From positions 1 to 35,174 of the IMG/VR virus record IMGVR_UViG_3300050331_000106: a stretch of 35,174 nt of DNA; one strand, 5' to 3'. The stretch comes from a virus. Lineage: Duplodnaviria; Caudoviricetes. Below, in pieces: positions 7,494 through 16,156 of this stretch. A program made the translations under genes and the position numbers. Numbering within the stretch: the first letter of the stretch is position 1; each line of letters starts with the position of its first letter. The notes below the pieces were generated by a model. That model was not told the DNA's origin. It ran no database searches and worked only from the letters and a program-made list of their open reading frames with translations.

Positions 7494-8012
7494 TCAAGCG
7501 ACCCGCTTCTTGTGATGGCCCGCATGAGGCTTTGCAATACCGGGCTCGGGCAGCTTGTATGGCTTGCCGCTGGTGCGCCTGGTGGGCTCGGCCTGAGGGG
7601 CTGGCTCCGGCGTGGTTTCTCGGGTTTCGTCGGCTTGCCTCTGTGCGACCAGGGCGGCGTAGAGGGCGCGCTTCTCTTCGGCCTGCAGGCGGGCATCCTC
7701 GATGAGCGCGTCGAGGGCGTCAGGGGGCAGGTACTGCGCATTGTTCAAGGTCTGCTTATCGCTCGGGGACAGATCGATGTGCGTCGACGCCGGCGCCGCT
7801 TGGATCATCGCGCCCTTGCCAGTGAGCAGCCATTCCGGGGTGCATTCGAGCACCGCGGAGACCTTGAGTAGATTTTCGCCGGCGAGGGTTTTAATCACCC
7901 CGTTTTCCCAGTCCGTCACCGTCGGGCCGGATACCCCGACCAGCCGGGCAAATTCGGCCTTGCTCAATCCGCGCGCGGTTCGGAGCTGGGTGACTCTGCG
8001 GTTCCAGTTCAT
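7494..8012 (-). CDS. cI: CI-like repressor (XRE HTH, no S24 peptidase domain visible)
   Basis: LRTARGLSKAEFARLVGVSGPTVTDWENG...LECTPEWLLTGKG; divergent from cro. Confidence 0.85.
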   Translation of the reverse strand: MNWNRRVTQLRTARGLSKAEFARLVGVSGPTVTDWENGVIKTLAGENLLKVSAVLECTPEWLLTGKGAMIQAAPASTHIDLSPSDKQTLNNAQYLPPDALDALIEDARLQAEEKRALYAALVAQRQADETRETTPEPAPQAEPTRRTSGKPYKLPEPGIAKPHAGHHKKRVA

Positions 8013-8088
8013 AGGCCTTAGGCTAAACGAAAAAGTGTTAGGCGGGCCTTGACGCGAGGCGTTAGGTCGGCCTAAGATTGGAACCGCT
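8013..8088. promoter_or_regulatory. OR switch region: PR, PRM and operators
   Basis: TTGACG (8049-8054), 18 nt, TAAGAT (8073-8078); operators TTAGG-CGGG-CCTTG (8038-8051) and TTAGG-TCGG-CCTAA (8062-8075) match those at PL. Confidence 0.8.
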
Positions 8089-8292
8089 ATGGAAAATATC
8101 GAAGCCAAACAGGTGATTGACCGGCTCGGCGGAACCTCAAAGGTCGCTGCGCTGTGTGACATCAAGCCTCCCTCCGTGTCCGACTGGAAAAAGCACGGCA
8201 TACCGAAGCCGTGGAGAAAATTTCTGTTGAGCGCGCACCCGGAGGCATTTCAGCCTGCTGGGCAGCCCGGCCAGGAAAGCGCAGCCGCATGA
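8089..8292 (+). CDS. cro: Cro-like antirepressor/regulator
   Basis: VIDRLGGTSKVAALCDIKPPSVSDWKKHGIP Cro-type HTH. Confidence 0.85.
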   Translation: MENIEAKQVIDRLGGTSKVAALCDIKPPSVSDWKKHGIPKPWRKFLLSAHPEAFQPAGQPGQESAAA

Positions 8293-8363
8293 GTTCATCA
8301 CCCTGGCAGATGGTGTCGTTGAAATCTGCCCATGCTTCGGCATGCTCTCTCCAGCCTGCTTTG

Positions 8364-8393
8364 CCCGCCGCCTTCACGGGGCGGGATTTTTTT
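8364..8393 (+). terminator. Intrinsic terminator after cro (tR1-like)
   Basis: CCCGCC...GGCGGG stem followed by A and T7. Confidence 0.6.
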
Positions 8394-8405
8394 GGGGCGT
8401 GAACG

Positions 8406-8657
8406 GTGATCGAAAAACTAACCGACCAGGTCTCGTTGCGCGTGCCAGACGAGCTGAAGCAGAAGTTCGACTCCCTGGTGAAGGCGGATGGCAAAACGGC
8501 CAGCGCGGTGCTGCTCGCCTTCATCGAAGGGTATGTGCGGGATCGGGAGGAATATGTGGCGTCCATAGCCTCCATGTTTGGCTACGAGAAGACTCAGTTC
8601 AAGGAAAAACGCCGTCAGACCGTGCCAAACCGTGCAGGGCAGGACGGCAATGGCTGA
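8406..8657 (+). CDS. Ribbon-helix-helix regulator (CII position)
   Basis: QVSLRVPDELKQKFDSLV...ASAVLLAFI RHH pattern. Confidence 0.65.
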   Translation: MIEKLTDQVSLRVPDELKQKFDSLVKADGKTASAVLLAFIEGYVRDREEYVASIASMFGYEKTQFKEKRRQTVPNRAGQDGNG

Positions 8658-8841
8658 CGACGCCGACATCAGCCAGGCCCGCCAGGAGCGCGAGCAGGCG
8701 CAGCGTGACAAGGCGCGGGGCGATACGCCCTATGAGCCGCCGGCGGGCCGGGCTGGTGATTGCGATCTGTGCGGCGAGTGGTGCGGCCGCCTGGTGGGCG
8801 GTGCCTGCGCGCCGTGCCGAGACAAGCACGGGCTGCCCTGA
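8650..8841 (+). CDS. TraR/DksA-like C4 zinc-finger protein
   Basis: MADDADISQ...CDLC...CAPC. Confidence 0.7.
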   Translation: MADDADISQARQEREQAQRDKARGDTPYEPPAGRAGDCDLCGEWCGRLVGGACAPCRDKHGLP

Positions 8842-8906
8842 GCGGCCCGGCCAAATAAGAAAACACGAGGATCTGGAGATGAGAAAACCGAACAGGGAGG
8901 GGGCGT

Positions 8907-11312
8907 ATGGCTGAAAAGATCGATACCGCCACCCTGCTGAGCAAGGTCGACATCGTTGCGGTGATCGATCGCTTCGTGCCGCTGAAGAAAAGCGGGGCGG
9001 AGTACGAGGCGTGCTGCCCATTCCATACCGAAGACACGCCGTCGTTCAAGGTGAGCCCGACGAAGCAGTTCTTCAACTGTTTTGGCTGCGGCGAGAACGG
9101 CGACGCGATCAAGTTCGTCCAGAAATACCAGGGGCTGTCGTTCGTCGACGCCTGCAAGTCGCTGGGCGGCGAGGAGGTTGCCGAGGGCGTGGCACCGGTT
9201 CGCCGCGAGATCCCGCGCGAGAAAAAGGAATCACCCTGGACGCCGATGCTGCCGGCGCCGACTGATGCGCCAGAGCCGCCCAGGGCGCATTCGGTGCGCG
9301 GCCAGCCTGAGCGGGTGTGGTGCTATCGCGATGCGGCCGGTGCGGTGCTGGGCTATGTGTACCGGTTCAAGACCAGCAACGGGGGCAAGGAGACGCTGCC
9401 GCTGTCCTGGTGCACCCACGCCGGCAAGGAACCGCCGAAGTGGCACTGGATGTCGTTTCCCGAACCGCGGCCGCTGTATGGGCTGGATCGCCTGTCTGCG
9501 AAGCCGGAGGCGACGGTGCTGCTGGTGGAAGGCGAGAAGTGCGCGGACGCGGGCCATGAGCAGCTGCCGGATCTGGCGGTGGTGAGCTGGCCGGGCGGTG
9601 GCAAGGCGGTGAAGAAAGCCGACTTCGCACCGCTGGCTGGCCGCAAGGTGATCCTGTGGGCGGATGCGGATGCGAAGCGGGTGCCGCTGGCGCCGGCGGA
9701 GAAGGCAGCGCTGCCGGAAGCCGAGGTGATGGCCGCGCAGGCAGCAAAGCCGCTGCTCGAGGAGGCTGACCAGCCGGGCGTGAAGGCGATGAAGCAGGTG
9801 GCGGGGATTCTCCTCGAGCTGGGCTGTTCGGTGTGGTCGGTGAAGATCCCGGCGCCGGGGGTGAAGGCGGACGGCTGGGACATCGCGGATGCCGTCGACG
9901 AAGGCCTGACGGGCGCTGCCCTTGCTGATTTCATCCGCGGCAATAGCCTGCGCCTGGCGCAAGCCGGTTCGGCGGGGGAAGTCCCTCTGACAGATTCCTC
10001 TGGAGGCATTTCTACCCCTCCGCCGGCTGCCGCCAGCATGGGCGGTGGCGACGATGGCTCCTGGCGCGGGCAGCTGCTGGAAAACAAGTACGGGCTGATC
10101 GATTGCCGGGAGAACATCTACCTGCTGCTGCGGAATCATCCGGTGTGGCGGGGTGTGCTGTGGGCGGACGATTTTGCGCGCAAGATCATCAAGCGTGCGG
10201 CGTCGCCCTGGGAGTCGAGGGCGGGCTTCAAACCGGATGCCGAGTGGGGCGAGGACGACGACCTGCGGCTGGGCATGTGGCTGGCTCAGACCGAGGGCTT
10301 GCGGATCCGCAGCACGGAGAATCTGGCGGTGTCGGTGGGCTGGGCGGCGCGTGAGTCGCGCTGTCACCCGGTGCGCGAATACCTCGATGCGCTGGCCTGG
10401 GATGGCGTGCCGCGCCTGCAGGACTGGCTGAGCGACTACCTGGGCGTCAAGAAATCCGAATACACGATGCTGGCCGGCAGGCTGTTCCTGATCGGCATGG
10501 TGGCGCGCATCTATCAGCCGGGCTGTCCGATGCGGGCGATGCCGATCCTGGAGGGCATGCAGTTCCGCGGCAAGTCGACGGCGCTGCGCATCATGGGCGG
10601 CAAGTGGTTCGGCGACACGCCCATCGATCTCAACAACAAGGACGCCTACCAGCTGATTCAGGGCCGCTGGCTCTATGAGATCGCCGAGCTGGATGCGTTC
10701 AACCGCTCGGAGTCGACGCGCATCAAGGCCTTCATATCGAGCCAGGAAGACCGCTTCCGTGCGCCATACGATCGCTCGCCCAAGGAATGGCCGCGCCACA
10801 CGGTGTTCGTCGGCACCACCAACCAGGACGAGTACTTCAAGGATCAGACCGGCAACACGCGCTACTGGCCGTGGAAGGTCGAGGAGGGCGACCACATCAA
10901 CCTGGACGGGCTGGCTGCGGCGCGCGACCAGCTGTTTGCCGAGGCGGTGGCCCTGTATCAGCGCGGAGAGCGCTGGCACCCGACGCGCGATGAGCAGCAG
11001 CGCCTGTTCGAGCCTGAGCAGGCCGATCGGGAGATTGCCGACCCGTGGCAGAGCCTGATCTCGAAGTGGTTGCGCGGCAGCATGGAAGACCGGGTGTCGG
11101 TCAACGAGATTATGACGGACTGCCTGAAGATCGAACCCGGCAAGCTGGATTCGGCTCGCCAGATGAGCACGCGCGTCGGCATTGCGATGAAGCGGATCGG
11201 CTGGATCAAGCGCCGGGATACCGGTGGCGATCGCGAGTATTACTACCTCAGACCCGACGCCTGGCGCGCGGGTGAAGCAGACATCCAAGGGGGCGATCAT
11301 GCTCCGTTTTGA
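8907..11312 (+). CDS. Primase-helicase: CHC2 zinc finger + Toprim + VapE/VirE-type ATPase
   Basis: CPFHTEDTPSF...CFGC; VLLVEGEK and DAD Toprim motifs; HPVREYL, EGMQFRGKST Walker A, EIAEL, FVGTTN, GNTRYWP. Confidence 0.9.
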   Translation: MAEKIDTATLLSKVDIVAVIDRFVPLKKSGAEYEACCPFHTEDTPSFKVSPTKQFFNCFGCGENGDAIKFVQKYQGLSFVDACKSLGGEEVAEGVAPVRREIPREKKESPWTPMLPAPTDAPEPPRAHSVRGQPERVWCYRDAAGAVLGYVYRFKTSNGGKETLPLSWCTHAGKEPPKWHWMSFPEPRPLYGLDRLSAKPEATVLLVEGEKCADAGHEQLPDLAVVSWPGGGKAVKKADFAPLAGRKVILWADADAKRVPLAPAEKAALPEAEVMAAQAAKPLLEEADQPGVKAMKQVAGILLELGCSVWSVKIPAPGVKADGWDIADAVDEGLTGAALADFIRGNSLRLAQAGSAGEVPLTDSSGGISTPPPAAASMGGGDDGSWRGQLLENKYGLIDCRENIYLLLRNHPVWRGVLWADDFARKIIKRAASPWESRAGFKPDAEWGEDDDLRLGMWLAQTEGLRIRSTENLAVSVGWAARESRCHPVREYLDALAWDGVPRLQDWLSDYLGVKKSEYTMLAGRLFLIGMVARIYQPGCPMRAMPILEGMQFRGKSTALRIMGGKWFGDTPIDLNNKDAYQLIQGRWLYEIAELDAFNRSESTRIKAFISSQEDRFRAPYDRSPKEWPRHTVFVGTTNQDEYFKDQTGNTRYWPWKVEEGDHINLDGLAAARDQLFAEAVALYQRGERWHPTRDEQQRLFEPEQADREIADPWQSLISKWLRGSMEDRVSVNEIMTDCLKIEPGKLDSARQMSTRVGIAMKRIGWIKRRDTGGDREYYYLRPDAWRAGEADIQGGDHAPF

Positions 11313-11329
11313 CCAGGGATCGGTGCAAT

Positions 11330-11597
11330 CCGTCCAACCTAAGGTTGGACGCGCCGGAAAAGGTCGGACGGCTGAAACCCGCATGGATAGGGCATCCGTC
11401 CAACCTCCTAACCTCGTCCTACCTTTCCGCGCACACACACACGTAGGCGTGCGCACACACGCACACACACGTGTGCAGGCGCGCGGGCGTGCATACACAC
11501 CTAGTAGGACGAGGTTAGGAGGTTGGACGGATCAAGCATTGGCGCGGGTTTCAGCCGTCCAACCTGTTGACGTTTTTTCGAGAGAGGTAGGTCGGAC
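11330..11597. repeat. Nested inverted repeats / GTCC(A/G)ACCT iterons, candidate replication origin
   Basis: Perfect 29-bp IR 11394-11422/11504-11532, outer 22-bp IR 11361-11382/11544-11565 (1 mismatch), central alternating purine-pyrimidine tract. Confidence 0.7.
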
Positions 11598-11870
11598 ATG
11601 AGCGTGAAAACGAACCTGGACACGATGCGCGCCGATTACGTCCTGGTGCGCCGCTGGTGGAAGGATGCCGAGGGCTGGACCGAAGCCGAGCTGGCTGAGG
11701 CTGACCGTGGCGTGCGCCGGGTGGTCGAGCGCAAGGATGCCGAGCTTATCGCCTGCTGGGCCGCATGGCTGGCCACCCTGGCGGAAGACATCCGCCGCTT
11801 CGAATCCACCGTGCGCGGTGCCGAGGCCCGCATGCGTGCTGCAGTGGCAGCCGAAAGGAAGCGGGCATGA
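11598..11870 (+). CDS. Hypothetical protein
   Basis: 90-aa ORF, coupled to the next gene. Confidence 0.65.
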   Translation: MSVKTNLDTMRADYVLVRRWWKDAEGWTEAELAEADRGVRRVVERKDAELIACWAAWLATLAEDIRRFESTVRGAEARMRAAVAAERKRA

Positions 11871-12475
11871 CCACGATCAGCATCCGCAACAACTTCCCCG
11901 AGATCGCCGCCAAGCTGGATAGGCTGGGGCGCGATGTGGGCGACAAGGCAGTAGTGAGGGCCTTGAACACCACCATCACCCAGGGCAAGACGCAGATGGC
12001 CCGGCAGATCAGCCAGGAGTTCCGTATCTCGGTTGGTGAGGCGAAGCAGCGCCTGATCATCCAGCGTGCCTACTACAAGGGCAGCTCATTCAGCTTCAGG
12101 GCAGCGCTGGCAGCAACCAGCAAGGGCAAAGGGAGGTCTTCCAACCTGATCAAGTTCATCACCAAGGGCAAGGTCAGCAAGGCCTCAGCCAAGCGCAACG
12201 GCCGCGCCGACCTGGCAGGCCAGCTGCAGTTCCAGATCAAGCGTGGCGGTGGCAAGAAAGCCATCAATGGTGCCTTCATCGGCAACGAAGGACGCACGGT
12301 GTTCATCCGCGAGGGCAAGAGCCGCCTGCCGATCAAGGCTATCCACACCATCGACATCGAGCAGATGTTCAACACCAGGCGCGTCAACAGCGTGGTGCGC
12401 CAGGTGATGATCCACAAGTTCCCCGCCAACTTCCAGCGCGAGCTGCGCTCGGTGCTCAAGGGGTTCGCCAGGTGA
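11867..12475 (+). CDS. Lambda gpZ-like minor tail/neck protein
   Basis: Basic protein, RALNTT...GAFI...VFIREGKSRLPIK pattern; ATG 11867. Confidence 0.65.
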   Translation: MTTISIRNNFPEIAAKLDRLGRDVGDKAVVRALNTTITQGKTQMARQISQEFRISVGEAKQRLIIQRAYYKGSSFSFRAALAATSKGKGRSSNLIKFITKGKVSKASAKRNGRADLAGQLQFQIKRGGGKKAINGAFIGNEGRTVFIREGKSRLPIKAIHTIDIEQMFNTRRVNSVVRQVMIHKFPANFQRELRSVLKGFAR

Positions 12476-12526
12476 TGGCCCAGGTGGTCGGCCCGATGGT
12501 CGTGTGCATGAGCATGCCCCGTTCAT

Positions 12527-12580
12527 GGGTCCTTCCCAGCCCAAAACCACACGGCGCGAAACGAGCTCGGGTTTTCGCTA
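12527..12580 (+). other. Lambda-like cos site (cosQ + cosN)
   Basis: GGGTCCT (cosQ) then ACG-GCGCGAAACGAG-CTCGGGTTTTCGCTA, aligning with lambda ACG-GGGCGGCGACCT-CGCGGGTTTTCGCTA; directly before the small terminase gene. Confidence 0.7.
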
Positions 12581-12650
12581 GTTTTGTGAGGTTCGAGGGG
12601 GTGCGTAAGTTGCGCGAAGGGGCGTGGATGTTGATCGCGGGGGTGACGGC

Positions 12651-13121
12651 GTGGCGCGGATAGTGGGTCAGGAGCAGATCGCTGCGGTGTTCGGGGTGGC
12701 GCCGAAGACGATCGTCGAGTGGCAGGAGCAGGGCTTCCCGATCGCGCAGCGTGGCGGCCCTGGGGTGGCCAGCGAATACGAGTCGTCCGACTGCATCCGG
12801 TGGAAGATCGAGCACGAGCTGCGGAAGATCCAGTCGGAGACGCCGAACGACAGGCTGGCGCGGGTGAAGGCAGACGCGATCGAGATGGACAACGCCGAGC
12901 GCCGCGGTCAGCTGATTCCGGCGGACCTGCTGGAGCCGAAGCTGAAGGCTGCGTTCGTTGGGGCCCGGGAGAAGTGGCTGGATGCGCAGCACCGCCTGGC
13001 GCGCGACCTGCCGGCCGACGTCGAGGGGCGCGAGGCGATGCTCCAGGCCGAGTTCGAGGGCTTCCTGAGCCGGCTGGCCAGCTGGTCGAACGCGGACGAG
13101 CTGGCGGAGGAGGACGAGTAA
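12651..13121 (+). CDS. Terminase small subunit (Nu1-like)
   Basis: IVGQEQIAAVFGVAPKTIVEWQEQGFP wHTH; start could be 12624. Confidence 0.88.
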   Translation: MARIVGQEQIAAVFGVAPKTIVEWQEQGFPIAQRGGPGVASEYESSDCIRWKIEHELRKIQSETPNDRLARVKADAIEMDNAERRGQLIPADLLEPKLKAAFVGAREKWLDAQHRLARDLPADVEGREAMLQAEFEGFLSRLASWSNADELAEEDE

Positions 13122-15289
13122 TGCCGGACGGCGCCGCTGCCACGCAGGACGCATGGGCCGAGCAGGCGCTCGATGCGCTGCTGGCGCGCGTGTTCGCGCA
13201 GCTGCGGCCGCGTCCGCACATCACGCCGCTGCAGTGGGTGGAGACGAACCGCTACCTGTCGCCCGAGGAGAACCCCGACTACGTGGGGCAGTTCTCCACC
13301 GACAACATCCCGGCGCTGCGCGGCGTGCTGGCTGCCGCGGGTGAGCCTGGCGTGCGGCGCATCGTCGGGCAGAAGTCGGCGCAGATCGCGTGGACCGCAG
13401 GCGTGGTGTGCACGATCATGGGCTACCACATCCACTGGCGGCCGTGCGTCCAGGTGGCGATGTTCCCGCGAATCCAGTCGGCCAAGGATTTCGACGCCGA
13501 GAAATTCGCGCCGATGGTGCGCGCCACGCCGGTGCTGTACCGGCGCGTGCGCCTGAAGAGCCGTGCCGATGGCAACAGCACCACGCGCAAGCACTACCCG
13601 GGCGGGCTGCTGAAGTTCGTGGCCAGCAACTCGCCGGCGGACGTGAAGTCGACCAGCGCCAAGGTGCGCTATGTCGAGGAGCCCGACGACACGAACAAGG
13701 ACGTGAAGGGGCAGGGCAACTCGATCGCGCTGCTCCGCGAGCGCGGCAAGACCATCCGCAACACGCTCGAGATCATCGGCGGCACGCCCACCGCCAAGGG
13801 CGCGTCCGAGATCGAGAAGGAGATGCGCACCACCGACCAGCGCCGCTTCATGGTGCCGTGTCACGACTGCGGCGAGCGGCACGACCTCGACTGGTCGCAC
13901 GTCGTCATCCCCGGCCTGCAGCTGGGCGAGGCCGAGATGAAGGACCCCGAGCTCGACGCGCACTGGCCGGCGCGCGAAGTCTACGCCCGCGCCAGGTGGG
14001 AGGATGCCTACTACGCCTGCCCGCATTGCGGCAGCGCGTGGACCGACGAACAGCGCTGCGAGAACATCCGCGCCGCTGCCGACGTGGCGCCGAACTACGG
14101 CTGGGAGCCCACCGCCGACAGCCAGGACCGGGGCTTCTACTTCAACGAATTGCAGAGCGTGTTCCAGGGTTCCTACGTGCCCGTGCTGGCGGAGAAATAC
14201 CTCACCGCGCTGCACGAATTCGACCGCGGCGAACCGGAGAAGATGGTCGCCTTCTGGAACGCCAGCCGCGGCCTGCCCTGGGAATACAAGGGTGAGCTGC
14301 CGGAGGAGGACGAGCTCGCCGCGCGCGTCGAGAAATACGCCGAGTGGAGCTGCCCCGCCGGCGGCCTGCACCCGGTGCTGGCGGTCGACGTGCAGCACGA
14401 CCGCCTGGCCGTCACCTGCTGGGTGGTGGGGCGCGGCGAGGAGATGTGGCTCGCCTACTGGGGCGAGCTGTACGGCCAGACCGTGGTCGCGCACCAGGGC
14501 GCGTGGATCGAGCTCGAGCAGATGCTGGCGAAGACCGTGCAGCACGCCAGCGGCAACCCGCTGCGAATCCGCGCGGTGGGGATCGACTGCTCGGACGGCC
14601 AGACCTCGGATGCGTCCTACGCCTTCGTGCGCCGCCACCACCGCGGCGACCGCGAAGTGCTCGCGCTCAAGGGCGCCAGCGAAACCGAAGGCAAGCTCGA
14701 AATCTGGAGCCCGCCCAAGGCCATCGACCCCAACCACCGCAGCACCAAGGCCAGCCGCTACGGCATCCAGATCCACATCGTCGGCGCCGCCAAGGCCAAG
14801 GATCTGATCCTCGGCTGGGCGCAGGAGGGCGGCCGCGTGCGCCTGACCGGCGACGGCCCCGGACGCATGCACTGGTACGAAGGCGTGCGCGGCGACTTCT
14901 TCGAGCAGCTGCTGGGCGAGATGAAAGTGCCGAGCCGGCTCAACCACAACAAGCGCCACTGGAAAGCCCGCACCGACCGCCGCAACGAAGCGCTCGACTG
15001 CACCGTGTATTCCGTCTACCTCAGCCGCCACCTGCGGCTGCACCTGCGCCGCAACGTGCAGTGGGACATCGACGAGCTGCGGCTGCGCCAGGGCGACCTG
15101 CTGGTCGCCGTCGAACCGCCGCAGGCGCCCGCGCCCGAAGACGAACCCGAGGCGCAGACCGCCCCGGCCGCCACCCCGGAACCCGAGACCGACACCCCGC
15201 CCCCGCCGGACGTCAACGCCGCCGTGGCCACCGCCCGCTTCGCTGCGCTGATGCGTGGCCGGAAGGAGGCCCGCTCTGGCCGGCGATAA
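13121..15289 (+). CDS. Terminase large subunit (lambda GpA family)
   Basis: KSAQIAWT Walker A-like, YVEEPD, GGTPT, VPCHDCG, AVDVQHDRL, RNEALDC. Confidence 0.93.
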   Translation: MPDGAAATQDAWAEQALDALLARVFAQLRPRPHITPLQWVETNRYLSPEENPDYVGQFSTDNIPALRGVLAAAGEPGVRRIVGQKSAQIAWTAGVVCTIMGYHIHWRPCVQVAMFPRIQSAKDFDAEKFAPMVRATPVLYRRVRLKSRADGNSTTRKHYPGGLLKFVASNSPADVKSTSAKVRYVEEPDDTNKDVKGQGNSIALLRERGKTIRNTLEIIGGTPTAKGASEIEKEMRTTDQRRFMVPCHDCGERHDLDWSHVVIPGLQLGEAEMKDPELDAHWPAREVYARARWEDAYYACPHCGSAWTDEQRCENIRAAADVAPNYGWEPTADSQDRGFYFNELQSVFQGSYVPVLAEKYLTALHEFDRGEPEKMVAFWNASRGLPWEYKGELPEEDELAARVEKYAEWSCPAGGLHPVLAVDVQHDRLAVTCWVVGRGEEMWLAYWGELYGQTVVAHQGAWIELEQMLAKTVQHASGNPLRIRAVGIDCSDGQTSDASYAFVRRHHRGDREVLALKGASETEGKLEIWSPPKAIDPNHRSTKASRYGIQIHIVGAAKAKDLILGWAQEGGRVRLTGDGPGRMHWYEGVRGDFFEQLLGEMKVPSRLNHNKRHWKARTDRRNEALDCTVYSVYLSRHLRLHLRRNVQWDIDELRLRQGDLLVAVEPPQAPAPEDEPEAQTAPAATPEPETDTPPPPDVNAAVATARFAALMRGRKEARSGRR

Positions 15290-15533
15290 CCTGTTCGCCA
15301 TCCTGGCCATGATTCGTGCCGAGCTGCCGGATGAGCAGAAAGCCACCTTGGACCAGATCAAGCGGCTGATCGGCATCCATGCCGGCGGAGCGCGCGTCTA
15401 CGTGCCGGCGCACAAGAAGCGCAGCCACCTCGAGACGATCGCCGCCGCCGGCGACCAGGCAACGGCCGAGCAGCTGGCGAAGATCCTCGGGGTGTCGGTG
15501 AGGCGGGCGCAGCAGCTGAAGCGGCTGCGGTGA
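15276..15533 (+). CDS. Mor/C-family-like late transcription activator
   Basis: GGARVYVP motif plus C-terminal HTH LAKILGVSVRRAQQL; start uncertain (15255, 15276 or 15310). Confidence 0.65.
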   Translation: MAGDNLFAILAMIRAELPDEQKATLDQIKRLIGIHAGGARVYVPAHKKRSHLETIAAAGDQATAEQLAKILGVSVRRAQQLKRLR

Positions 15534-15537
15534 CCCT

Positions 15538-15593
15538 GCGAAATTCCTTGCCTACAAATTTCGCCCCCCGCCTGCCACGCTGGCAGGCATGGA
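15538..15593 (+). promoter_or_regulatory. Putative late promoter, copy 1 of a 56-bp exact repeat
   Basis: Identical to 24305-24360; dyad GCGAAATT-N11-AATTTCGC; ends in the ATG of the next gene. Confidence 0.7.
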
Positions 15594-16155
15594 ACTCCAA
15601 ACCAACGAGCCGACAGCGATCCGCGCCGGAGACAGCGTCTCCTGGTCGCGTGAGCTGCCGGAGTATTCCTCCGACGCCGGCTGGGCGCTGAAGTACCGGC
15701 TGCTCTACACGGTCGGCACTGCGGTGGCGATCGCCAGCACGGGCGCGGGGACGACGCACACGGTCGAGCTCACGTCGGCGCAGACGGCCACGTTCGCCGC
15801 CGGTACCGCCACGCTGGTTGCCTTCGTCGAGAACGCCACCACTGCCGATCGGGTCACGCTCGAGGCGACGCCGGTCACGATCCTGCCGGACCTGACCACG
15901 GCGGCGACGCACGACGGCCGCAGCGCGAACCAGGTCGCGCTGGCGAATGCGGAGGCCGCGCTGGCGGCTTACATGGCGAAAGGCCAGGCGCACGTGGCGG
16001 AATACGACATCGCCGGCCGCCGCATGAAGTTCCGAGCTGCCAGCGAGATTACCGACCTGATCTCCTACTACGAGCGCGAGTGCGCGAAGGAGCGCGTCGC
16101 GCAGGCGCTGCTCGAAGGAAACCCGGCCCCCGGACGCGTGGCGGTGAGGTTCTGA
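15589..16155 (+). CDS. Head completion / gpW-like head-tail joining protein
   Basis: Position before portal; C-terminal VAEYDIAGRRMKF...ITDL gpW-like segment. Confidence 0.65.
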   Translation: MELQTNEPTAIRAGDSVSWSRELPEYSSDAGWALKYRLLYTVGTAVAIASTGAGTTHTVELTSAQTATFAAGTATLVAFVENATTADRVTLEATPVTILPDLTTAATHDGRSANQVALANAEAALAAYMAKGQAHVAEYDIAGRRMKFRAASEITDLISYYERECAKERVAQALLEGNPAPGRVAVRF

Positions 16156-16156
16156 C

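Noticed and set aside
11224-11601. 125-aa ORF over the repeat region
   Set aside because: Low-complexity translation (RTHAHTRV) of the inverted repeats and dinucleotide tract; more likely non-coding.
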